Source of the DNA: Paraphysomonas bandaiensis
Lineage: Eukaryota > Protista > Chrysophyceae
Direction: 5' to 3'
Length of the DNA: 64,000 nt
Assembly (NCBI GenBank): GCA_965644295.1
Contig: CBFFRP010000096.1
Span: 1 to 64,000 of the forward strand
Shown: positions 1 through 10,762 of the stretch, in pieces
Position numbering within the stretch: position 1 is the stretch's first letter
Layout: every line of letters starts with the position of its first letter
Translations under genes and position numbers: made by a program
The notes under the pieces: model-generated
What the model was told of the DNA's origin: nothing
The model's input: only the letters and a program-made list of their open reading frames with translations
The model's database searches: none

Positions 1-26
1 TGTACTTCGTTCAGTTCTGTATTACT
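1..26 (+). other. Residual Oxford Nanopore ligation adapter (technical artefact)
   Basis: TGTACTTCGTTCAGTTCTGTATTACT closely matches the ONT adapter AATGTACTTCGTTCAGTTACGTATTGCT and directly precedes the telomere. Confidence 0.93.
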
Positions 27-2952
27 CTAACCCTAACCCTAACCCTAACCCTAACCCTAACCCTAACCCTAACCCTAACCCTAACCCTAACCCTAACCCT
101 AACCCTAACCCTAACCCTAACCCTAACCCTAACCCTAACCCTAACCCTAACCCTAACCCTAACCCTAACCCTAACCCTAACCCTAACCCTAACCCTAACC
201 CTAACCCTAACCCTAACCCTAACCCTAACCCTAACCCTAACCCTAACCCTAACCCTAACCCTAACCCTAACCCTAACCCTAACCCTAACCCTAACCCTAA
301 CCCTAACCCTAACCCTAACCCTAACCCTAACCCTAACCCTAACCCTAACCCTAACCCTAACCCTAACCCTAACCCTAACCCTAACCCTAACCCTAACCCT
401 AACCCTAACCCTAACCCTAACCCTAACCCTAACCCTAACCCTAACCCTAACCCTAACCCTAACCCTAACCCTAACCCTAACCCTAACCCTAACCCTAACC
501 CTAACCCTAACCCTAACCCTAACCCTAACCCTAACCCTAACCCTAACCCTAACCCTAACCCTAACCCTAACCCTAACCCTAACCCTAACCCTAACCCTAA
601 CCCTAACCCTAACCCTAACCCTAACCCTAACCCTAACCCTAACCCTAACCCTAACCCTAACCCTAACCCTAACCCTAACCCTAACCCTAACCCTAACCCT
701 AACCCTAACCCTAACCCTAACCCTAACCCTAACCCTAACCCTAACCCTAACCCTAACCCTAACCCTAACCCTAACCCTAACCCTAACCCTAACCCTAACC
801 CTAACCCTAACCCTAACCCTAACCCTAACCCTAACCCTAACCCTAACCCTAACCCTAACCCTAACCCTAACCCTAACCCTAACCCTAACCCTAACCCTAA
901 CCCTAACCCTAACCCTAACCCTAACCCTAACCCTAACCCTAACCCTAACCCTAACCCTAACCCTAACCCTAACCCTAACCCTAACCCTAACCCTAACCCT
1001 AACCCTAACCCTAACCCTAACCCTAACCCTAACCCTAACCCTAACCCTAACCCTAACCCTAACCCTAACCCTAACCCTAACCCTAACCCTAACCCTAACC
1101 CTAACCCTAACCCTAACCCTAACCCTAACCCTAACCCTAACCCTAACCCTAACCCTAACCCTAACCCTAACCCTAACCCTAACCCTAACCCTAACCCTAA
1201 CCCTAACCCTAACCCTAACCCTAACCCTAACCCTAACCCTAACCCTAACCCTAACCCTAACCCTAACCCTAACCCTAACCCTAACCCTAACCCTAACCCT
1301 AACCCTAACCCTAACCCTAACCCTAACCCTAACCCTAACCCTAACCCTAACCCTAACCCTAACCCTAACCCTAACCCTAACCCTAACCCTAACCCTAACC
1401 CTAACCCTAACCCTAACCCTAACCCTAACCCTAACCCTAACCCTAACCCTAACCCTAACCCTAACCCTAACCCTAACCCTAACCCTAACCCTAACCCTAA
1501 CCCTAACCCTAACCCTAACCCTAACCCTAACCCTAACCCTAACCCTAACCCTAACCCTAACCCTAACCCTAACCCTAACCCTAACCCTAACCCTAACCCT
1601 AACCCTAACCCTAACCCTAACCCTAACCCTAACCCTAACCCTAACCCTAACCCTAACCCTAACCCTAACCCTAACCCTAACCCTAACCCTAACCCTAACC
1701 CTAACCCTAACCCTAACCCTAACCCTAACCCTAACCCTAACCCTAACCCTAACCCTAACCCTAACCCTAACCCTAACCCTAACCCTAACCCTAACCCTAA
1801 CCCTAACCCTAACCCTAACCCTAACCCTAACCCTAACCCTAACCCTAACCCTAACCCTAACCCTAACCCTAACCCTAACCCTAACCCTAACCCTAACCCT
1901 AACCCTAACCCTAACCCTAACCCTAACCCTAACCCTAACCCTAACCCTAACCCTAACCCTAACCCTAACCCTAACCCTAACCCTAACCCTAACCCTAACC
2001 CTAACCCTAACCCTAACCCTAACCCTAACCCTAACCCTAACCCTAACCCTAACCCTAACCCTAACCCTAACCCTAACCCTAACCCTAACCCTAACCCTAA
2101 CCCTAACCCTAACCCTAACCCTAACCCTAACCCTAACCCTAACCCTAACCCTAACCCTAACCCTAACCCTAACCCTAACCCTAACCCTAACCCTAACCCT
2201 AACCCTAACCCTAACCCTAACCCTAACCCTAACCCTAACCCTAACCCTAACCCTAACCCTAACCCTAACCCTAACCCTAACCCTAACCCTAACCCTAACC
2301 CTAACCCTAACCCTAACCCTAACCCTAACCCTAACCCTAACCCTAACCCTAACCCTAACCCTAACCCTAACCCTAACCCTAACCCTAACCCTAACCCTAA
2401 CCCTAACCCTAACCCTAACCCTAACCCTAACCCTAACCCTAACCCTAACCCTAACCCTAACCCTAACCCTAACCCTAACCCTAACCCTAACCCTAACCCT
2501 AACCCTAACCCTAACCCTAACCCTAACCCTAACCCTAACCCTAACCCTAACCCTAACCCTAACCCTAACCCTAACCCTAACCCTAACCCTAACCCTAACC
2601 CTAACCCTAACCCTAACCCTAACCCTAACCCTAACCCTAACCCTAACCCTAACCCTAACCCTAACCCTAACCCTAACCCTAACCCTAACCCTAACCCTAA
2701 CCCTAACCCTAACCCTAACCCTAACCCTAACCCTAACCCTAACCCTAACCCTAACCCTAACCCTAACCCTAACCCTAACCCTAACCCTAACCCTAACCCT
2801 AACCCTAACCCTAACCCTAACCCTAACCCTAACCCTAACCCTAACCCTAACCCTAACCCTAACCCTAACCCTAACCCTAACCCTAACCCTAACCCTAACC
2901 CTAACCCTAACCCTAACCCTAACCCTAACCCTAACCCTAACCCTAACCCTAA
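27..2952 (+). repeat. Telomere, (CCCTAA)n = (TTAGGG)n on the minus strand; 487 full units at 31-2952
   Basis: Uninterrupted CCCTAA array at the contig start with the C-rich strand 5', as expected for a left chromosome end. Confidence 0.99.
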
Positions 2953-3028
2953 AGTGATTATTTATACCAACACAATACTTAACCCTACCCCTAATAGCTA
3001 CTATTACCTTCGTTCAAAGAGAGAAATT

Positions 3029-3388
3029 CTAGCCCACATAGGAATCTGAAGGGTTGATTTCATTTCCTCGATCGATTGCAATGATCGGAGTACACAAGCG
3101 TCAATTTGTGACAAATGATGAGATTCAAATGTTTTTGTGAGTGCCCTCAGCTCTACAATACGGGCATCCGGAATTGGCTCGTGATCCCAAAGTTGGACGT
3201 CGTGGTATCATCAGCTCTTTATCATTTCTAGCCACTTATACGCCAAACAGATCATAGATATTCCTTCGTCAGCTGGAAAGCAGTCGTACCCCCTCGCACA
3301 GACAACCTTCCGATCCAGAACATCAGTCGATGCAGTGCATGAACTTCCTTGACGAAAGCCTTCCGATGGAATCGAGACACCAATATCT
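3029..3388 (-). pseudogene. Degenerate tandem copy of the 3' ~385 bp of the adjacent REase-kinase gene
   Basis: 3029-3388 aligns with 3389-3773 (e.g. GTACACAAGCGTCAATTTGTGACAAATGATGAGATTCAAAT and CAGCTGGAAAGCAGTCGTACCCCCTCGCA occur in both) with substitutions and short deletions. Confidence 0.9.
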
Positions 3389-5011
3389 CTAACCCATATA
3401 AGATTCTGATGGATTGGTTTTCATTTCCTCGATCGATCGCAATGCTCGGAGTACACAAGCGTCAATTTGTGACAAATGATGAGATTCAAATTTTCTTGTG
3501 AGTGCCCTCAGCTCTACAATACAGTCTCGTACTGCATCCGGAATTGGTTCGTGATCCCAAATTATCTTCGCGAGTGCTGGACGTCGTGGTATCATCAGCT
3601 CTTTATCATTTTTTAGCCACTGATATGCCAAATAGATCATAGATATTCCTTCGTCAGCTGGAAAGCAGTCGTACCCCCTCGCATCAGCAATCATCCGATC
3701 CAGAACATCAGCCGATGCAGTACATGAACTTCCTTGACGAAAGCCTTCCGATGGAATCGGGACACCAATATCTCGGAATGGCTTGGCTGAACTCCAGTCC
3801 ACTAAGTATACCTCTTTATGATTATTGTTCGGTTGACAATACGCAATATTCGCAACCCGCACGTCGCGGTGACAGACACCAAGTTCATGCACAGAGCTCA
3901 ATATTTTCCAAGTCGCATGCAAATGACTACTTTTCAGAGTGTTCATGTTAAATGGAGAGAAAACAATGGACTGTGCATTATAAAAGGGGAACTCGCTGTC
4001 GGGGAATCTCTGAAGAAGGCTCTCTTGCATATCGGAAATAGTTGGAATTCTAAGTAGACTTCCACTACTTGCTTCCAAGTATTTCAGAATAAGTCGCTCT
4101 GTTAACAGCGCTTCACAATCCCTTGAAATTTTCAAAGCAACTTGTGTTTCATTGAATTTGACCGACAGACAGGTTGCAGTGGAGCCTCTGCCCAGTGGGT
4201 GGAGAGGGGTGCATGTCTCAAACGGAAAGAAAGGTACAAACCCTAAAAAAGATCGATCGCATGATAGAAAATCACTCATTTGAGCGCTTGCTTCCTTTCC
4301 AGAAAACACTTTGGAGTGGATAAACATCTCAGTACCATCATCGGCCAGAAGTACAGCGCAAAATACGACTGTTCTGATATTGTACACCGCAGTCACAAAA
4401 AACTTTCTTCCAGGGCAACACAACAGCGTACATCTCGAATAGTACAGCGCTTGGTTAATGAAATTAATGACTTCGACGTTTAGTTTTTTCAACTCGACAT
4501 ACGAAACAACCGCCCAAGGAATGAAGCGGTAGGAAGGAAGAGTGGTTTCCCTCCCAACAACTCTCGCATTAATCTTATTTCCGACTTCGTCATCAAAAGG
4601 TATACGAATAGTAAGATCCGGCCCTTTACATTTTAGACTAGATGAACCAAAGTTTAATTTTCGAAAACCAGCAGAAGCATTACAATTGCTAAGGACTGCT
4701 TCACTTGTATTCTCCAAAATATTGTCTCCATAACTCTTTATATCAGAAAAGAGAGTGCTGTGAAATTCAAATTCGGATATATTCTTGTAATCACTGCTCT
4801 CTGATAATTTACTTTCAATCTCTTCTCGGATTGCTTCTAATTCATTGTTGATTAGTAGATTTCTCTCGATCGATATTTGATTGTTTTGTCGCGTGTAAGT
4901 CATCAATTCCGTCAAAAAATCAGATAATTTAATGGCCCGAGAAGGTATAACATCTTGAGCCGGTATGCCAAAGTCACACGTTGACGAAATTTCTGTTGAT
5001 TGTAAACTCAT
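3389..5011 (-). CDS. Crinkler/RHS-like protein: PD-(D/E)xK restriction-endonuclease-fold domain + protein kinase-like domain (possible extra 5' exon at ~5080-5185)
   Basis: REase motifs KGPDLTI...VSYVELKK...QALYY...GRKFFVTAV; kinase motifs LGRGSTATC, VALKIS, E of helix C (LTERLIL), VCHRDVRVANI, YLVDWSSA; 540-aa ORF without stops. Confidence 0.8.
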   Translation of the reverse strand: MSLQSTEISSTCDFGIPAQDVIPSRAIKLSDFLTELMTYTRQNNQISIERNLLINNELEAIREEIESKLSESSDYKNISEFEFHSTLFSDIKSYGDNILENTSEAVLSNCNASAGFRKLNFGSSSLKCKGPDLTIRIPFDDEVGNKINARVVGRETTLPSYRFIPWAVVSYVELKKLNVEVINFINQALYYSRCTLLCCPGRKFFVTAVYNIRTVVFCAVLLADDGTEMFIHSKVFSGKEASAQMSDFLSCDRSFLGFVPFFPFETCTPLHPLGRGSTATCLSVKFNETQVALKISRDCEALLTERLILKYLEASSGSLLRIPTISDMQESLLQRFPDSEFPFYNAQSIVFSPFNMNTLKSSHLHATWKILSSVHELGVCHRDVRVANIAYCQPNNNHKEVYLVDWSSAKPFRDIGVPIPSEGFRQGSSCTASADVLDRMIADARGYDCFPADEGISMIYLAYQWLKNDKELMIPRRPALAKIIWDHEPIPDAVRDCIVELRALTRKFESHHLSQIDACVLRALRSIEEMKTNPSESYMG

Positions 5012-5519
5012 TAGTAATATCTGTATTGATATGAAATGTGAAGGGTATTATGAAGCGAATGAAGTGGATGGAGTCACTAACATCAAAACACACAGAAAGG
5101 CGACAGGGGGCACGGGCGCTCTGAGCCGCCTAGGCATTCCTCTTGCGCCGGGAGCGCTCCGCATCGTAATAAAACTCTCAAGCATTCTCTGGCTTCATCT
5201 CTTTATTTATTTCACTTTTTCTTCGAAGGTACTCCAACTGTGTGACATAACACACAGCAGTGCTTGTACATGTATGTAGTAGTATCATAAAAAGAGCCCC
5301 CCAAAAAATAGGGCGGCAGGAATGGATGTATTCTTTCATAATACAGTGTGAGTGTGGTATGTATTCTCTCTGTTGATGGTAGGACACTGCATGACTATGA
5401 AATTCCACGCATGAGTTAATGACAGTATACCTTATATCATCAGTGTAGAGCACGAGTCGCATCACACTTCCGTAAATCTTATTAATAGAGTGGGAGAAGT
5501 TGTCACTAAACACTCCAAT

Positions 5520-5990
5520 TCACAGGTGACAACAGCATTAGATTGTGCTTCGATATGAAGCAAGTCGAGCTCTCTTGGTGACCTTGGCGCTGTCCAGAAC
5601 ACGCTGTGCACAATCAGTTGCTTCACTTTTGTCGTGATTGCTGTCGGATGAATCCAGTTGCAGATGTCTAACTTCTCTTCTCTCATTGCTTGTCAACTCT
5701 CTTACATCGTTCCCTTGAATTTGCCACTGCGTTCTCAGAATTTGCACTGGCAACAATGGTTTCATTCGGAGAAAGATACTAGATCTTTAAAACGCTTAGT
5801 TCTATATATCACATATATCAAGTTCCATTAAATCTATAAGTACTGGGTTCATATCAATGACATCATCTGCATTGTCGCTGAGGGCTGGAAACAATGCAAC
5901 ATGTCTCCACTCAAGATCGCAATCCACAAGACTATGACGAGCGATCTATTCGACACTTCCATTATGCGCCCACTCCGCTGTAATATCTGA
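5520..5990 (-). pseudogene. hAT-family transposase relic (C-terminal half; frameshifts and stops)
   Basis: Joining frames gives YLSPNETIVASANSENAVA/KIQGNDVRELTSNERREVRHL...AQRVLDSAKVTKRARLASYRST, colinear with the hAT relic at 29261-29533 (YLGDSAAIIHNAAFEKVVVKIR...AQRLI...RKRARL...YR). Confidence 0.7.
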
Positions 5991-7111
5991 GGTCAAATAG
6001 AATCATTTAGTTTCGTTGTCCACGCGTCAAACCGCTCGCCATTAAGTAACTCACTGTTCGCAACTCTACCCCAGTTTGATATGTATCAAAACATAGCTCA
6101 AAGTATCCCTTGAAAGAACGATAGATAGTGGTCAATGACTGATATAAGTAGTGTCAATACTTGAGAAAGCTATCTTTCTTTAATGGAAGTCTAAATATAT
6201 ATGATAACCTTAAATATACCTCGAAATATACCTTATTATATTTTTTTTAAATACTATAGGAGTACAGTCAGTAGATATGACCAGTTTATACTACGTATTA
6301 CTTTTTACTACCTCTACTAGGTATAACAGGGTACAGGCAGTAAATACTACCACATTCTATCATTACAAATTCGAAGAATCCTGTTAGAATTGGACACTTC
6401 ACTGAAGTAACTTTGTAACTTTTCTCTACACGTAAACCCAAATCTTGTTTTGTTGAACAAAGTACACAAGAAATATTATGACTACTAATCTGAACACTTC
6501 GCTGCATATTCGTGTAATATCTGTTCTCAACAACAACATCTGTTTATCATATGTTCACCACTCACTCCTATATCTTATATAGTTACACATCAGTAACTGA
6601 ATTTAATTTCTTTGAAACCATAACCATCCGTTACACCTACGAGTTGACTTCACCTATTGCACACTATTAACTCACTTTAACTACACTATATATATCACAT
6701 CATATTGCAGAACTCAACACTCCCACTCAATTGGATGTAGTCAACATTCTAAAATTTATGAAGAACATTGCCATCGGACCTCATAGGACACAGGTGGACG
6801 TAATATATATATGTATATATATAGCTAGCTCCCACCATTCATACACTCCAAACTAGTTACGTCGAGCTCTCTTTACCTTGGGTACCTCTGCAATAGTTTG
6901 TTCAGTAGTCTTAAATTTTCCCCATGATTTCGCTCCCTTCTTCAATGAATATTGAACCACACAAAGCCTTGGTATAAATATCAGCCATCTGTTGTCGTAA
7001 GAATATAATAAGAATTAACATTTATTTTACGCGCTCGTAAATGATTATCAGCAACTACTTTGCAAATGGCTGGTAGTGTACCAACAGGGTTGTCCCCAAA
7101 AAACGAATCCG

Positions 7112-9370
7112 CTACTGAATACTGCACGATGCCTGTTGCGTTCTATTAACCGACGGCGGGGCTGCAACACATGTTGTCGTAGTAGAAGACAACAGCAACT
7201 GGTTGGCAATTGTAAGAAGACTTGGATCAAGGATGGCATTTACCACCCAATTACATCCTGATTCTACTTTCACCTCAAACCTTGACCTTAAAGCTTTATC
7301 AGACCTGGATCGAGAAGTCATTCTAAAATGTTTCAGAATATCTTTTTCGATCACTACACCTCCAGCATTTCGCCACGACTTCAATGTCTGTACGCAAAAT
7401 ACATTGCATTGCTTGGTTGTGGTTACAATTAGCCGTCGTGGTGTAATGATCACACCAGGAATGGTTCTTCGTATCGCCTGCACGATGAGACAGACTCCAA
7501 CTTGAGCTTTCATTACTATTTCAGTAATATGCTTATCTCCAACATCCTTTAATTGATAATTCTTCTTGTAGTTAGTAAGGGCAGTGATCATCGAATTATT
7601 TCCTCCCCCAATTTCAACATTCCGTCGTCCTCCTTCGCATTGCCAGAGATCTAAATACCAGGAGTTGTTTTGCGACTCATCTTCTTCGAAGCAAATTCCA
7701 TCTAGTCCGTGCTCCTTTATCCAACGTATATGTTTGAGATTCAGTTCCCGAAGAGAATCAAGGGTAAGCGGCTCGAGCAGACCGTCTGCACTTTGAATAC
7801 ATAGTTTTCTGTCATTATTTATGATCAGCACAACATCACGGTCATATTGAGCATACTCATTGATGTTTGCACTGGTGTACACACCTTCACGGACGAGCTC
7901 TTCCAGTGCATATCCCGCATTCACATCGGTTACATTGCCGCCGCCACTAATGAAAATACCACAAACCATTAGGTGAACTGCAGACAGAAGCAACAGTTTG
8001 TGCTGTGGAGGGGGCAGCTCGCTATTGAAAATGATCGCATCTACAGGGCGTGAAAATTGTACACTGCCATTTGCATCAATGTAAATAATACTATTAGCTT
8101 CCGCTGTGTCAATAATATCACTTGGAGAGCCAACACCAACTGCTGATAGTGCTTGTCGAAGCATTACTTTATCTACACCACCACAATGTGAGATATTACC
8201 GAAGGCATCTTTCTCTGGCTGTGCAGCCATCAGTAAATAAGCTATTAACACACGATTCTCAGCACTCTCTAGCACTTTCTCGTGTTTTACTTTTCGATAG
8301 ACCATGACGATTCGAATACACTCTTCACTGCACAGGGGTATTTTTAGTGTATCAGGATATCTGAGCATACACTCCTCCCACACAATGTGCACCCATCGTC
8401 CGATTCCTCCTGTATATGCCAACAGTAACGACAGGTCGTTTTTCTTCAAATCCCACAGTGGGTACCGAGTGTGGATATAGGCCTCCAGCACTTCAACCGT
8501 TCGCAGGGCGGGGACAGTATGCGGCTCGTATAATGTGCCGTTGAAGTCAGGATAGCCACGCTTTCGCCAATGGTCTGTACTTTCTCCACTACCCTGCTTG
8601 AACAATAGTGAGGGCATGTCAACGGATGATCCTCCAATCACGCAAAATGTTCCGCACGTGCGCGAGTATCGATGGAAAGTAATGGCGGCATCCCTACCAG
8701 CAATCCAAGCGGGATTATCCGCAAATATAAAATTGTGTTGAAACTCATCTAATAGAAGAAAAGCATTTTGACAGTGACCATTCAGAACATCCAAAGGATC
8801 CGCCTCAGAATCAGGTTCAAGAGAGTGGTAGATATCTAGTGCCTCCCATAAGATACATTCTGGTGTTTTGAAAACCAAGTAATCGTGGCAGATTGGTATC
8901 ATATGTTTTAAAAGTGCTGCAGAACTTAGAGCCAGAGCCCGCATCAAAGTTGTCTTCCCCACACCTTCCACACCTCCCAAAACCAAATGTCCTGCATTGT
9001 TGGCGCTGCCAGTAATCATGCCAACTTCACGCTGTAGCAAGCGCTTCACGGCTGTTTCCAAAATTAATACTAGTGTGTCGGATTTATACAGAGGGGGCAG
9101 ATAACAATAATGCTCAACTGGAAAACTCGAAAATATCTTCCAAACTTCAAAGAAATACGGTATGGCAGTCAGTATTCGTCTCTTGCCTTTGGAGAGCAAA
9201 TTTCCAACTTCATTGCGGATGCGTAACAACTTGCAAAGATTCTCTTCTTCAGAGCTATCATTTCCCTCGTTAGGCTTCAACTGTTCACACTTCAGGACGT
9301 CCTCTCTCAGGTTGTAAAGATCAAGTGTAGTGGGCAAGTACCGTTTTTTATTTCGTTCAAAAGCAGACAT
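7112..9370 (-). CDS. Crinkler/RHS-like P-loop (STAND-like) NTPase + C-terminal restriction-endonuclease-fold protein
   Basis: Walker A LVLGGVEGVGKTT, Walker B FLLLDEFQ, sensor strand VIGGSS, YTGGIGR motif; C-terminal AGYALEE...GLDGICF...LDLWQCEGG pattern; single 752-aa ORF. Confidence 0.72.
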   Translation of the reverse strand: MSAFERNKKRYLPTTLDLYNLREDVLKCEQLKPNEGNDSSEEENLCKLLRIRNEVGNLLSKGKRRILTAIPYFFEVWKIFSSFPVEHYCYLPPLYKSDTLVLILETAVKRLLQREVGMITGSANNAGHLVLGGVEGVGKTTLMRALALSSAALLKHMIPICHDYLVFKTPECILWEALDIYHSLEPDSEADPLDVLNGHCQNAFLLLDEFQHNFIFADNPAWIAGRDAAITFHRYSRTCGTFCVIGGSSVDMPSLLFKQGSGESTDHWRKRGYPDFNGTLYEPHTVPALRTVEVLEAYIHTRYPLWDLKKNDLSLLLAYTGGIGRWVHIVWEECMLRYPDTLKIPLCSEECIRIVMVYRKVKHEKVLESAENRVLIAYLLMAAQPEKDAFGNISHCGGVDKVMLRQALSAVGVGSPSDIIDTAEANSIIYIDANGSVQFSRPVDAIIFNSELPPPQHKLLLLSAVHLMVCGIFISGGGNVTDVNAGYALEELVREGVYTSANINEYAQYDRDVVLIINNDRKLCIQSADGLLEPLTLDSLRELNLKHIRWIKEHGLDGICFEEDESQNNSWYLDLWQCEGGRRNVEIGGGNNSMITALTNYKKNYQLKDVGDKHITEIVMKAQVGVCLIVQAIRRTIPGVIITPRRLIVTTTKQCNVFCVQTLKSWRNAGGVVIEKDILKHFRMTSRSRSDKALRSRFEVKVESGCNWVVNAILDPSLLTIANQLLLSSTTTTCVAAPPSVNRTQQASCSIQ

Positions 9371-10647
9371 TACAAGGGAGATAGCTCTACTTCATGCTAA
9401 CAGCTCAACTGCCCCAGTACTGTGCCATGGGTGTACTGGTTGGTTTGTTAGGCAGAGAATGTGTCAAAGGAAGCAGCAGTTCATATCACACAAAAAAGCC
9501 GTGATTTTATTTCTATTCTCTTTGTAAGGTCTACACAGTAAAAATAGGGTCGCACGAGGCATTGAAAATTACTGTTTTCCAACTTTCTGGTCTACAAAAA
9601 CACTCTCCACAAGAATATCAATAGCTTACTTCTTTGATCCACCAAAAATCCACCTACACAACATATCCGGCTGATTGCTTGATGGTAACCACACTATGTA
9701 TACATAAACACATAGTGATTTCATGGCACATGCTACTGCTTCTTGATTTAGCTGGTAGATGATATGGTGAAGTGGAAATCACACTGGGACAATTGGTCTT
9801 TGATATCTATTTCAAAGACAGACATAGCAGAGTTGATTCCATGACTAACACCAGAAGACTATCGGGGTTCATACTGCAGCTGATCAGTAGAGAGACTCAC
9901 ATAAGAACTGCACTTGCTTTATATTTACGTTCTCATAGTACCCTGAGCGTACTGATGTACTTGAGGACATCGTGTTAAAGCATGGCAATCATAGTCTACA
10001 TACAGTCTACTCTGCGGAGGACTGTCGTATGAGCCGGCACTTTATGGAAGATATATATTATGTGTTCTGTATCTGAATATGTTATATTTTGCCTTCATAG
10101 ATCATTGTGATTAGTATTCTGGAATGTACTGTCTAGAGTAGCAATCTCCTGAGGATGGATATCATACCAGTCCAAGAGTAGATTGGTATCAGTTTTCCAT
10201 ATGTTGCTGCACCTGTCAAGGATAGCCATGTTTACACATAATGTAATTGTTAATAATATTAAAAGATTGTTGTGACTATGTTGTTGTGTTTATGAGCATA
10301 CTGATAATAGTGTGCTTATCAAATGCATTGCGAACGCAACCACTATTCATCCGAGCTGTCGAGCAAACATATATATCAAATCTAATCCGTGCAAACAAAT
10401 AAAGTCATCACTCTATAGGCCCTACAGACTTCAAGAGTCACTTCTTAACTAAATAGGAACACGCTTGTATATTCCTGACCTGTACACTGTTGAGTTTTGC
10501 TGTTTGTGAGCAATTCAAAGCTGTATTTCTAAGGTATTTGAATTTTTACCGCTACTTGGAGAGTAGTGAAATATTTAACAGTATTACATGAACTAATGAG
10601 ATGATAGGAATAATAGTTGTATATTGACTGTATAAAATCATTTCTAT

Positions 10648-10762
10648 CCAAAGAGCTCACTTTTAGTGGGCACACCTGGGGATTCGATTATCCAATGATT
10701 AATCCAGAGATACATAGTGGCAGTTCATATACACTGTAGTACAGCGTACAGGTGTGCAGGTA
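10648..10762. repeat. Dispersed repeat family B, copy 1
   Basis: CCAAAGAGCTCAcTTTTAGT..ACCTGGGGATTCGATTA..CAATG.TTAATCCAGAGATACATAGTG is shared with 47361-47492. Confidence 0.8.
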
